From contig NW_024704742.1 of NCBI RefSeq assembly GCF_018977255.1, forward strand, positions 121,274,001 to 121,338,000: a stretch of 64,000 nt of DNA. The letters are read 5' to 3'. A program made the translations under genes and the position numbers. Within the stretch, counting starts at the first letter, position 1. Each line of letters opens with the position of its first letter. The stretch is from Callorhinchus milii (Eukaryota). Below, piece by piece: positions 38,881-53,200 of this stretch. The notes beneath the pieces were generated by a model. The model did no database searches, was not told the origin of the DNA, and saw only the letters and a program-made list of their open reading frames with translations.

Positions 38881-39609
38881 GGGTGTTGGGCCCTGAGGGG
38901 CAGGAGGTCTCTGTCCTGAGTGTCTGTTTTTGGTGGATTTCCAGGTTCTTTGGGCTGAGCTGGTGTCTCCCCTTTCCCCACCCCATGGGCCCCCAGTTTT
39001 TGTTAAAGAAGAAATTAATAAAAACGTTTTGCAACAATCTAATGTGTTATTTACTCATATTTAGTTTTTATCAATAAATAAATGTTTGTTGGGAGTAAAA
39101 TGTACCTCCATAGCAACAATCAACTTTCCCTGAAATTTTTAGTAAATATTTCCACACTTTTCAATTGGCCCATCTTATAATCCTGGGCATGATGCACCAA
39201 CCACTGCTCCTCATTATAGCTGGCAACGGCTACCTCTGCCTCATGCCCTTGTATAATCTATAGCTGGGTATTCATAGAAATGAACTTCAGCAAAACACAA
39301 ACTGGGATACAGACATTTATCTTAATAGGTGTATCCAATTTTCTTCGATTTGGGATGAGCAGAAGCTGTGTGCAACAACATTGGTGCTGATTGCACAATT
39401 CCCCAATTCCCACTTCCACAGTGTGTGAATGTACCTTTTTTTTAAACTTGTAATATTACACAATAAGTCATCTCAGTCACTGCATTCCCAACCAGATTAA
39501 CTTTTGGGGAGGGAAAGTAGCAGCGGCAGCAGAGAAGGGGACAGGGAGACAGAATGCTTTTAAAACTGAGAAATTTTTAAACTTGGCATAAATTATCACA
39601 TCTCCCAAT

Positions 39610-39850
39610 TTACCTAGCAAAGTAGGAACCTGATTGTTAGTTGATTGGCAAATTACTTTCTGGGGGTAATAATCCTTCCAAAAAAATTATAAAATATACA
39701 ATCATAACAATAAGAATATAATTTAATTATAATTATACACTGCCCACAAAATATACAGTCAATTCACTTTACAGAATATTCTGTGAAGAGCTTTGAGTTG
39801 TCCCAATGATGTGATAAAGCATTATATCAATGCAAGGATTATTATTATAT
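39610..39850 (+). mobile_element. Second-family SINE, 5'-truncated
   Basis: agtaggaacctgattgttagttgattggc middle region and tail. Confidence 0.7.
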
Positions 39851-41099
39851 TACACAAGATAAATTAACATGTGATCATAACGGTGGAGAAACTAATCGAG
39901 CCAGAGATATATGTGGAACTACACACACGTAAGTGATTTCATGCAAGAGTTAGAGGTCAGAAAAAATATTCTACTAGGAGTTAGTCTTCCATGTTGCGAA
40001 ATAAAATTATTTTTTGCTCCCTCTGGGGTACAAAGATCTTTAGGCAACCATAAAACCTAGTAATTAGCATGGATATGGTGCCAGCCATATTGGAGGGCTT
40101 GTATTTCCTTGAAAGTAATTTATCCATAGTAGGGTCAAGGACACAATTAAAATCCCTGACTGCAGCAATTTTCCAATTGAAGGAGCTGGGAACAAGAAAG
40201 TACTAGCTTGCATTAAACACATGTACGTTTGAGTAAGCAAACTGCTTCTCTTCTGTCTTTTGGGAGTCCATAATATCTTAGTCCTCCAGGACCAATACTG
40301 GTACCTGAGCTGTCATGGTAGGTTGTTTCAGAGGATTCAGTGTGTATTGCAAGTTGGCTGACTACCGTTCCTCAAAGAGCTTTAAATGCTTTGGATTGTA
40401 CATATGTGTGCATCCGTATCATCCAAAACACTCTGAGCAATAAAACATTAAGGGATATGGAGAAAGAGCTGTTGGGTGAGATTGATAAAAAAAAGCATTG
40501 GGTAGACAATAGACTGAATGGCCTCCTTCTGTGCTCTGGGACGCTATCCTGTGCCAGGGGCGCGATATAAATGCAAGTTGTTGTTGTTCTGGAAGTCTTT
40601 GTTTTACATGTTTATACAATAAGACTGAAGTGGTCCAGCATTTTGCTGATACTCTTCAAAAAACTTGTCTCAAAATAAACATAGAAGCTTGGAGGTAGTT
40701 GATAGCTTTCAATCAAGTGCATGTATGTTAACCTGATTAAGGAAGCTGCAAAACAGCAGCCTGATCAAGAAATGGAGCAGAGCCTCCACTTGGCTGCCAC
40801 TAGATAGAGCCAGGAAACTTTAACATCACTTTCTTGGGACTCACTTGTTGTTATCGCACCTTGGATTCAGTCCACTGCAAACAACAACAATTACATTTTA
40901 GAGTGCCTTTCATGTCGGGAGGATGTCCCAAGTTGGGACAATAGGAAGTCATTTGCAAAAGAGGGGAGTCGCATTATAACTTGCTTTAACATATTGCTGC
41001 CTTGCTGCTTTTCCAAGCTATCCATAGATCTGGCTTTTGGTGATAATGAAAGCCAATTTCCCAATGACTAGTGGGTCATCAATTCCTTTTTGCTGTGCT

Positions 41100-41385
41100 A
41101 ATAATAATAATCCTTGCATTTGATATAGCATCTTTATCATGCCATTGAGATGTCTCAAAGCAATTCACAGGATCCATGGGTCCGAAACACTGACTGTCCA
41201 GCACTTTGGGATCCTCCTAAAGTGAAAGGTGTCCCACACACAGCCTTGGAGTGAATGACCAATTTTATTTGGGGATATGTTGACCAGGACACCTGGAGAA
41301 ACTCCCTTCTCTTTTTGAATAGTGCCATGGGATCTTTAATGTCCACTGCAATAGGCAGACAGGACCTCAGATTCATGTCTCATCC
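41100..41385 (-). mobile_element. Deu-domain SINE interrupted by a short plus-strand L2-tail-like piece (~41170-41230)
   Basis: SINE tail and body on minus. Inserted ctgtccagcactttgggatcctcctaaagtgaaagg replaces part of the body. Confidence 0.7.
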
Positions 41386-42379
41386 TCTTACTATGTGCAG
41401 GAAGTGCTGCAGTTAAGTCCCATGCCTTGCTCATATTAATTCGCATAGAAAGTGATATTAAAAGCAACCTGATGATCCAGAATTCTCCCATTTTTTTTCA
41501 CGTTTTGCTTACAATACAGTCACTGAGACATTGGACCAGCCAACCATGTAATAACGGGGCCACCTCCGATTTGTAAAATGGATGGCAAGTGCTACAGTTG
41601 ATTTCTGTTCTGCCGTCTAATTTGTCATATTTGCAAAATGGCTAATTCTAAATCTGTAATTTCTAAAAAGACACCAATTTGCGCTAAAAGGTTGATGAGC
41701 AAAACACACTGCCACAGGGAGACTGCATTTTGTCAATGTGATAGCTTTTTGGAAATCAACTGTTTCGCACATTAGCCAGCAAGCCACAAGTCATAATTTG
41801 CTTTTCATCAATTTAGCAAATTGATCAGGGGTACAAGTGAAAGTTGGAGCAGAGAGGACTTCAAAAAGTAACTTGCAGCAAACAAGGACAGGTTACAATG
41901 ACTGCAACACAAAACACGTTACAAATTTGTTAAAGAATATGGAAAAAAATACAACAGAATTTGCATAATGGACCATTGAACACGACTTTAAAAGCACTGA
42001 GCAATTTTGTGCTTCAGCTTTGCTCATGGAGCAAACATTAAAATCTCATGTGCGCAGTTATTTTAGACTTGGGTCCCATGAGAACATTACATCAAGACAG
42101 TAATGGGTGAATATTAATCTATTTACTCTTAATCTCCCACAGTGCAAATAAACTGACAACCACGAAAGAAAAAACAAAATACTGGAGGCCGATAGTACTT
42201 TTAGCTCCCAATATCCTGCTCTACCAGTGTCTAGATACTTTTCAAATTGCAAAATGAAATTACCAAGCAGTTCATTTTAACACTGAGAAACAACAAAGTC
42301 CAGAGTAATGGCAACAAGCTGCCCTGCACGTGACATGCACCTGATAGATCACAGTTTAACAAATCTCTCTGAGAACATT

Positions 42380-42760
42380 ATAATAATGATAATCCTTACA
42401 TTTGGTACAGTGCCTTTCATGTCGGGCGGACATTTCCAGGTGCTTCACAGGTTTTAGCGTAAAGTACAGTGACTGTATTTTAGTAGGTAAACACAGCAGC
42501 CAATTTATGCACAGCAATTTCCCAACAAACAGTTATGAAGTGAATGGGGTATTGTTGGCTAGGACACCAGGAGAAATTACCTTCTCATGTCTTGGGATCT
42601 TTAACATCCACCTGAACAGACGCAATGATTTAACATCTTTCTAACATCAGTTTTAACATATCATTCGAAATGCTGAAAATCTGAGCACTGCATTTGAGTG
42701 TCAGCCTAAACTATATAAGTTCAAAATCCCTTTGTGGGGCTTGAACCCATTGAGTCAGAT
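42380..42760 (-). mobile_element. Deu-domain SINE, diverged
   Basis: gggatctttaacatccacctgaacagac and ggggcttgaaccca motifs plus tail. Confidence 0.75.
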
Positions 42761-44475
42761 TGACAACACCAAGATCAGCCAACTCAGCATTGATATGCAT
42801 ATGCGTCACTCTCAGTCTGGCTTGGATGCTCTTAGGCATGATGATGGGTTTCTGCATATATCAGACACCAGCTGACCAAAACAAAAACTACAGTACCTCA
42901 CAAAGCCAGGGAATGAGGGATTGCTGCAGAATTAAATACAACCCCTAAAAGAGGAGGATTCACCTTCATTTGGAGCAGTGGGAGCCAATTTCTTTGGTTG
43001 GCTAACAAAATAAATGTTTCTTGATTGAATATTTCTTGATGTATGGCATAAATCTAAGTTATTTTGTTGTTTCTATGATTATTTTGTGGCCAACCAAGAA
43101 AGTCAGTGGTGTATGACACATCCAAAAAGGTTGGCCACCACTGGATTGGGAGGGTTTGATGTTGGAGGTTAAATTCCTTATGAAACAAACTCCGCCATTT
43201 GTTTGTGGTTCCAACTCCAGATGTTCATTGATTACTGTGACTGTATGGTAGGACGACAAACAAGAGTAACAAGTGCATGGTAGTAGATATAGCTTGTCCA
43301 AAGGGCAAAGAGCTTCCAGTCTCGGATGCAAGCCATATTTAACTAAACCGCCCAAATCTATGTCAAGTCAGCTTTGAGGCATGTTCCTACACTCAAAACA
43401 TAAACCTTTAGCTGTGGGCAGGAGAACTGTGGCAATGCTCTCACATCTTTCACACTGAGCTGCTCTGCTAAATTGGAAACTTGCAGCGAGTTTCTAGTAC
43501 CTGCTATCCATCCAGTGAGGGCTCAAACCTGTGCTGTTGAATGTCAAATGGCCAATGAGTTACTATCCTCCTTGAGGGAAGGTGGGTGGGGAAGTAAGAG
43601 GTTCTCCTGAGAGCTGAGCTGGCTCCAAGATGACGTCCAAATTCAGATGGAATGAGCTAGGCCATAGTTTTCTCATTGGCAGCCACAGAGATATCTTACT
43701 TTGCCAGAAAGCTGAAGAATGGGTTTATGGGGCCCAGAAAGGACCCTTTACTTTTTGAGAATGTGCTTTGTGGTTCACATTCTGGGAAGCATCCTTTAAT
43801 GGGAAACACTTTGGAACGTCAGAAGAATGAAATCTGAATCAAGTATATAGAACCATCCTCTTGAACACATTAACAGACAACTCCTCTCTCTCCCGCCCCC
43901 TCACCACTAGCACAGTCAGCGAGTAAAACGTACATTCAACATTTCATCATTGGAGTTTTTCAATTATTAAGGAAGTTGCAAGTCATCATTTCTACCGTGC
44001 AGTCACACAGCAAAACACCGATTTCCGTCCACCACTTAATGCCAATGTAAAAGGCCATCAGTCAGAGCTAGCAGGCAGCTAGTGTCCTGCTGAACAGCAC
44101 AGGGGAGAGGAAAGCCCTGTGCAAACGTGAAAATCTTAGTGGATTCTGAGGTCGCGATCAAATCTAATACAGTGTATTTATTATTCACACATTTTCTAAA
44201 ATCTCATTTCCAGTACTTATGAATAATTTAGCAAGGGTTCGGTTAAGGCCACTTTGTGATTAAGCACCGTCTGAAATTGCCAACTCTCCAGCTGAAACGT
44301 AGCCCGATTCTGCAACAGCAGCATCAGAGCTGACAGACAGATTGGATTTCTTGAAGCCACGATGCAACCGCAGCATTTTCTACCCCCAATCACCCCCACA
44401 CCCCTCCCCCACTGACACACACACACACATTCACTGGATCAAGGTGTAGACACGCAAGCTTTTTCTTACACATCA

Positions 44476-44679
<204 letters not shown>

Positions 44680-44719
44680 TTAGCCTAAAAATTGCAAAAC
44701 AAATAACCTATAATCACAG

Positions 44720-44960
44720 AATGTTTACAAGCACAGAAGGGCATTCGGCTCATTTGTTTCTGTGCTAGTGCTGGATTCCCCCAATGTAGCGAACTATCAT
44801 CTAATCTAATGCCGTTCCCTTGCTCTTCCCCACAGCCTTTAATGTTGTTTTTCCTCAAGTAATTATCCAATTCCCTCTTAAATCACAGACTTACCTTGAA
44901 CAGCATGTGTGAAAAAACATTCCTCATTCCAACCACCCTCTCTGTGTGCATGTTAAAAAA
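44720..44960 (-). mobile_element. CR1 3' end fragment
   Basis: Minus peptide LDNYLRKNNIKGCGEEQGNG and tail motif (acagaagggcattcggctca on +). Confidence 0.65.
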
Positions 44961-45009
44961 AAACGTTCCTAACCTTCAGCAAACAATGGTAATTGAAGCT
45001 CTCCCCCTA

Positions 45010-45260
45010 ACCCAATGGCCTGGTGGGCAAATATGTCACCTGTTGCAACATCAAGCTTTAAAGATTAGAAGGTTCGCCGGATCGATTCACAGTTTGTGCT
45101 GAGTTAGCTACAGCTAGCCTTAATGCCCCTGGTTTAAATAGGGGAAAATACGTCAACACTCTTGCTCATTATTCAAAAACACCCAGTTTGCATGTCAGAC
45201 AAGGGCAGGACTGGACTCAACATCAATTGAATACCCTACCAACACTCCCCACCTATAGTC
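45010..45260 (+). mobile_element. LF-SINE-like fragment
   Basis: tttgtgctgagttagct...gcccctggtttaaataggggaaaa...gacaagggcaggactggactc. Confidence 0.55.
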
Positions 45261-45939
45261 AAAAATGAATAGTGGCCATTTAGTGGTACAACGATGGTAC
45301 AAATGGGTGCTTGAATCAAACACCTTTCGACAAAGAGGAGGGAGATAGATTGGAGGAGAGATTTTGGCAGAGAAGGGGAAAAAATAAGACAGAAACACAA
45401 AAAATGTAGGGAATTCTCAGCAGGTCTATCAAGCATGTGAACAGAAGAGTTATCACTTTGTATTACTGGGTGACAGCTAAGAAAAGGGTGCTTTTTATTG
45501 ACGCACTCTGACATTGCCAATATTTTATTTCAGGTTTTCTTTTTCTCTCTCTAACATTTTACAGGGATGTCTTTCTTCCCTGTATCCTGACAAATTGCTA
45601 TCAGAGTATGGGAAACAACTGTGACTATTCATGCATTAAAATAATCTTTGCATATAGTACAGCACCTATGACGCTGAAATTCCTCAAAGCACTTCACCGG
45701 CAATTGCTATAAAGTATAGTGAGTGTATATTAGTAGGCAAATACAGCAGCCAATTTGCGCAGAGCAAAGTCCTGCAAACAGTTATGAGGTCAATGATCCA
45801 TTTACCTGGAGGACTGCTAACCAGATTGGAAAAGGTGAAATGAAACAAAAAAAGGATCCATTTGTCCGAATGATCAATTTCAGAAAAATGTAAACACCAA
45901 AAGGATTAACAAAATAGACGGAAGGTGGTTCAATGGCTA

Positions 45940-46260
<321 letters not shown>

Positions 46261-47385
46261 TTAACATTCGAAAGACTCATCTTAAAATCTGTAACCAGCT
46301 TTCATTACAATGAATAGGAACATTGGAATTGCTAGACAAAAAAAAACCCAAGGCCCATCTAGTTCACCTTCTATCATCTTGATAGTCGCACGTTATAATA
46401 ATGGAGATGTTGATAGCAATTATCTTGGCTTTAAAAAGGAATGAAAACAGAAAACCCAGAGAAGTAATTCTCTACCAGCCAATACTGATGCACCACCTAG
46501 CAGCTGGTTAATTTGCCCCAGAACAAGTCCATTCTCTCAATCAAGAGACTGCAACCGGGATGAGGGTGGACAGGAAGGCAGGAGAGGAAAATGGAAAAGG
46601 CACCTTATCTAAATCTATGTCAATTTCACGAAGGCTGTACACTGCAACTTTGACATTCACACCGCACTTCAAGTAATTATGGAATATAAACTGCGGTCTA
46701 AGCAACTGATGGATTCTATCATTAGCAACCATGTGAGGCAAGATGACAAACTACGAAGTTTAAACTTGAAACCCAATTCATTACTAAGAAACGCAGGTTT
46801 ATTATCAATTTTTTTTTAAATGATTCCTTACAATAATCCAGATTGTATTATCATACGGAAAATCTCATCTTCCAACTGAAGGTACATAGGCCAGGCTAAC
46901 CAAGGAATGCTCGCACGACTGTGGAGCGGTTCAGTGAATATTTGGCCAGGCCACTGGAGGGAGCACCTTGAGAAAAGAAAAACTGACAGCCGGCAAAGCT
47001 CGCATTAGAAGGCTGGCAGTCGAGGCTATGGCCCATGCATCCCGGCCCACCCGTGGGCTGAAACAGTGTTGTCACTCCTGCAAGACTTCTTCACAAGCAG
47101 ACATTATTCAGTAAGCTGACTTCAGGAACTTGGGACGTCCTCCCGACCTGAAAGGCGCTATACAAATGTAATTTTGTATTGTATTGCATGCACTGAGAAT
47201 TAGTCAACAATGCCACTCAACCAGGTTTGCTTTGACTTTGTAGCGTTAAATCTTTTTGTAAAGAATCAGTTGCTGCTTTTAGGCAATCAGCGTAAATGAA
47301 TACTCCCTAATGTCCAGTTGTCTCACCCTCGCTCTGCCAAAGGGCTACAATCAATGGGCTGTCAGACAAAGATAAATCAAACAGA

Positions 47386-48144
47386 CACTTGACACATACC
47401 ATGATAACAATATCGGAGAGATATTACAGATCTAAAGTAAAAAGAAATTGGGAGTCCACTGTGCGCTATATGTCAACACAAGCGCATTATGTGCAACGTT
47501 AAACCATGTGCAAATACAAATTCACAATAAAAGAATGAGGTTTTTAAGACAACTTTTGAAAACCGAGAGGGTGAGGCAAGCTAGAGGGAATTAGGAATAG
47601 TGTTTCAGAAAATGGGGTCAAGGTGTGGCAGAAAAATGTACAAAAATAATTAGAAGCTCAATCCAGCAGTTACTGTATCTCACACTATGAGGGTCTCACT
47701 GATACAAACTAAGATGAGTATTGGGAGCGTGTCTACAATTCCGATTTGTTACATCACAAGTTTTCATTGATGGATTTCATTAAAGGAAGTAATTGAAATC
47801 CATCAATTAAACTCATGATGTAACAAATCAGGGTCTCTGGACACGCTCGAATACTCATCTTAGTTTGTATTAGTATGACCCTCATAGTGCGAGATACTGT
47901 AACTGCTGGACTGAGCTTCTAATTATTTTTGTATATTTTTCCGCTACCTTGACCCCATTTTCTGAAACACTATTCCTAATTTCCTCTAGCTTGCCTCACC
48001 CTCTCGGTTTTTAAATCCTGTCTTAAGATCCTCTTTCTTTGACTGTGAGTTCAGATATCTCCACCTACCCCACATCCTGGACTCCCACTATCTTTGTAAA
48101 GCACTTTGAGATTGTCTCCATATGTGAAACATGGTACAGAAGTG
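47386..48144. repeat. Long imperfect inverted repeat (fold-back palindrome) in ZSWIM6 intron 8
   Basis: 47560-47779 aligns to the reverse complement of 47794-48010 at ~89% by manual alignment, with a loop of about 14 nt. Weaker homology continues outward to ~47386 and ~48144. Confidence 0.95.
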
Positions 48145-48201
48145 CAAATTGTTGCTGAAAAGGTTGGTTAATTTAACAATAAATCCTTTTCTTGGTTGTT
48201 A

Positions 48202-48555
<354 letters not shown>

Positions 48556-48869
48556 TTACACGGAAACATACAATCAGCTGATACACGCCCGGAACCAGCT
48601 TTATACAAGAAGTGAGGCTGTGGAACGCAATCCAGTTACATCTATGTAACCCATGTTTGTTTAATTTCTGTTTTCTCAAATACACTTCATTGTTCATCCA
48701 CACAGGTTAGATGGGACCAGTGTAGATGCTAAAGATTGTTTATTTCTAAGTTAAAATGCACTCCCCACAACGCTTGAATCTCGCTCAGTCTATGCTGAGA
48801 CAACTGTTCTTCCCCAATCATTTAGCATCAAAATACATGAATATTGACCCCGGAAGGGACGAGAGATAA

Positions 48870-48995
48870 GAAATAATAATAATAATCTTTGCATTTGATA
48901 TCGTGCTTTTCATGTCTTCTAGACGTCCCAAAGCTCTTCACAGAATATACTGTAAAGTGAATTGACTGTATATTTGTGGGCGAACACGGCAGCGT
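48870..48995 (-). mobile_element. Young SINE 3' fragment
   Basis: (AAT)n followed by ctttgcatttgatat...cacagaatatactgtaaagtgaattgactg. Confidence 0.85.
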
Positions 48996-49059
48996 TTTCT
49001 AAGAAAAAAAGTTTCCTCTGACAGTTTTTCCTTAATTTAGTCAACAGTGGGAACCAGCA

Positions 49060-49435
49060 ACAGTAAAGGGTAGGTTTGAAAACATTTCACTGAGGGCAAC
49101 TGGAATGTGAAATTCTCTGCCACAAACTCTGTTGAGCCAGAGTCCATGAACTTTTTGTGAAGTAAATCAGACAGATGCTTGGAAATGAATACTAAATGGT
49201 ATGAGGAGTGAGCAGAAAAGTGGGATTAAAGTGGTTCACGTGGAGAAAAACACCAGCACAGACTTGTTGGGCCGAATGGCTGGTTTCTGTGCTGTAACAT
49301 TCTGTGAGTAATTTCCTCCTCTATTGAATTGCTGGGACAATTGGAATTGAAAGGATTAGTTGAGATCAGCCTTGATCTAATTAAATGTCGGAACAGGCTC
49401 GAAGGGCTGAATGACCTACTCATGGTCCTATGACA
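49060..49435 (+). mobile_element. CR1/HER1-type 3' tail fragments (two tails in tandem)
   Basis: gggccgaatggctggtttctgtgctgtaa and gatcagccttgatcta...gggctgaatgacctactc. Confidence 0.65.
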
Positions 49436-49470
49436 GGAGGGGAGACTTGAAGTTAACTGATACTTTGTCA

Positions 49471-49776
<306 letters not shown>

Positions 49777-49779
49777 TCA

Positions 49780-50124
<345 letters not shown>

Positions 50125-51504
50125 TTAGTCAGGTTTTTGCTTTTGGTGCCGTTGGTTGGTTTGCTTTTACTGAGGTTGACATTACCCCCAGTGCTCGGCA
50201 CAAGGCAGAACTAGCAATACAGACAGGAACACACACACCCATACACACTCTTGTGACAGTTCATTTCCTTCACCAACGCACATGGTGTGCAAATGATAAT
50301 GCCATAAAACTCAATGCTAATATCCCTCCCTTTCCTTCCTCCAGCACTTGTTGACTACGGGGGGGGGGGTCTCCCACTTATCAGGACCTGATCATTCCCG
50401 AAAACGCTGAGCCAAGGAGGAGCACCCAAACACAGCACCCAAACACAGAGCACTGTTCTATTTCATGCTTTACAATTACAGGAACACAAAGGTCTGCAAA
50501 ATATGTTATTTTTTTTAAACACAAATGTACATTTGTACTTTTGCACCATTCAAATCACCTACATCTCAAAGGGATGTAAATTAAAACGCAACAAAAATAC
50601 AGACTTAAAACCAGATGTTTACAGACTCTCCCTCAGTAAACGTAGCCATTGAACAGCTGGTTCACACAGGTCTGGGGTTCAGTCTATGCTGAGTCTGAGC
50701 TGAGTTTGCTAATCTCAGTAAATTGGCACACTATTTGGAGTTACAATTGATCTCAGTGGCTAGGTATGGGGAGGGGAAGGAAAAAAAATCAGCCAGGCAC
50801 CCCTCTTCTCCTCCCTTATGTGTATATGCATATATGTATAGGCTCAGGCTGGGCTTGCCTGGCTGGAGAGGAGATCCGGTCACCAGACTTGCTCGGGTGG
50901 TCGCAAAGACAGGTATCAGGTCTGTGTTGTCCTTGGACAATTTTGTTGGGGGGAAGAGAGAAAGGCTCATCTGCGAGAACAACCCTTGTTACCTTGAGGA
51001 ATGCATTTCGGCCTAATTCAATTTAAAGGGGGAAAGTGTGATAAAACTCAACTCTCCAATATCTAACCTCGCTCACCAAAATTTTAGTTTAATCCATACC
51101 AGTTAGAATTGGGGTGGGGGGGGGGAGAAAGGAAGTAATTTAAGAAAATCGGTGGGGGGAGGGGGAGGAATGAGAAATTCAGCATAAAATTAGTGATAGT
51201 GGTGGGGGCAAATGAGTATGGAAACATTTCTACCATAGCAGTTGATTTCTAGTTTACAGAGAATAAGATGGGCACTTTATTAGGCAATGCCACGTAAGTG
51301 ACATAGGTTGTGGGGGGGAGAAACCCACCAACCAATATTTATAGAATTGCAAATAAGGCACCAGATTGTTCCCTCCCCCACACAGATAGACATTGATATT
51401 AATTGCAGGGGAGGGGAGAAGAATAAACATCTCCACCCACTGAAATAATAAGCACGGCCATTTCAGAATTGGAAACTTTTGAAGGGTAATTAAAGGTTTA
51501 TTTA

Positions 51505-51831
<327 letters not shown>

Positions 51832-52569
51832 TTAAAAAATACCACAATTTAACGAGATTTGACAGGACAGATGACACACTGAAACTTTCCCCCGACATTA
51901 TACGTAAATTAGAATAAGAAACTTGGCATTTAGAGGAAATGGTCTCTTGTCACACATCTAATTTGCATCAAGAACAGAGGGGTTTTGTAGTTTAGAATAT
52001 GACCACTTCTCATTTTCCTTACGAAATAAACTGCACTGAAATTCTGCATTTGACAAGAAACTCCAGTAATGAAATGCTCAATGTTAAGCAGAAAAAATAG
52101 AAATTACACAAATACATCCTCAGAACTAAACTGACCAAGAGAGTCAAATTCTGCAGTTTGCAGAGAAATAAAACTATTAATAGACTATATTGTGATTTTG
52201 GAGGGTGGGGGGAATTGAATGAAGGCAAGATTTAGTCAACGTCTTGGCTCTAAATGTGAGCTGCTTGCACCTCCTAGTAGTTATCAACAGGGGGTGCCAT
52301 TTGCTTCTCAACAGGTGTCAGGGTTTAAAAGACTGAAGAATATGGGAATTCAATAGAATTATATAAAGACAAAACTTGCTTTTCCAATTAAAAGCAGAGC
52401 TTAATAAAGAAAATACATGAGTGAAACATGTCAGGGGAACAGGTATACACTAGCAGGATACACAGGACACACAGTAAATAATAGATTGAACCTAACCCAA
52501 CTATAGTTGTAACTTGCATTGATTGCAAATGCTTGCTTGTTTTCAAATGAAAGCAAAGTACAGGGCTAT

Positions 52570-52950
52570 TGCTCCAATACCCTGGTGGATAAAGGCAGAG
52601 AACAGCACGAGACCACACAGGCTGAAGGCTCAATTCTCAATTCATTCAGTGTTAGTGGATCTCAGCTGGGGCAACAATTGGGGCATTATAATTAACCCCA
52701 GGACCATAAGGAGACTTCGGGTGGGAGGAAACCATAAGGGTTCCTGCTCCAGGAAGGAGCCCTTATATGGAAGTCATTGGAGACAGAATCTGGCTTGGTT
52801 GTCTTGCCCCTGCAATCAAACGCCTGAAACTTACATGTGAATAAAGGCCACTTTGGGCAAGGTACTGGAGGGCAACCAGAAAAATGACCTCCAGCGGAAG
52901 TAAATAAGGAGTCAAATTTCTTTCAGGAGGGGAGGGAAACTGGCAGAAAA
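52570..52950 (+). mobile_element. LF-SINE-like element, near full length
   Basis: gatctcagctggggca...agggttcctgctcc...acatgtgaataaaggccactttgggcaaggtactggagggc...ttcaggaggggaggg. Confidence 0.7.
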
Positions 52951-53029
52951 TGCTATATAACAATTTAATCTGAATTTCTACACCTGAGGGGAACAGGGTA
53001 ATCACAGCACAGGAACTGTCCTGCGATTA

Positions 53030-53200
53030 CAAAAAAAATAAATTGGTCACTTCAATCCACGACTATTTGTGGGACACTGCTGCGTGCAATTGGCTGCCGT
53101 GTTTCATTCACAAATAGTCAATTCACTTTATAGTGTAATCTGTAAAGCGCTTTGAGACGTCTAGAAGACATGAAAAGCACTATATCAAATGCAAGTATTA
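53030..53200 (+). mobile_element. Young SINE 3' half
   Basis: tttgtgggacactgctg...gcgctttgagacgtctagaagacatgaaaagcactatatcaaatgcaag. Confidence 0.85.

Noticed and set aside
38381..39077. ORFs of 136, 133 and 77 aa
   Set aside because: Largely produced by the CT/GT microsatellite, with no recognisable domain.
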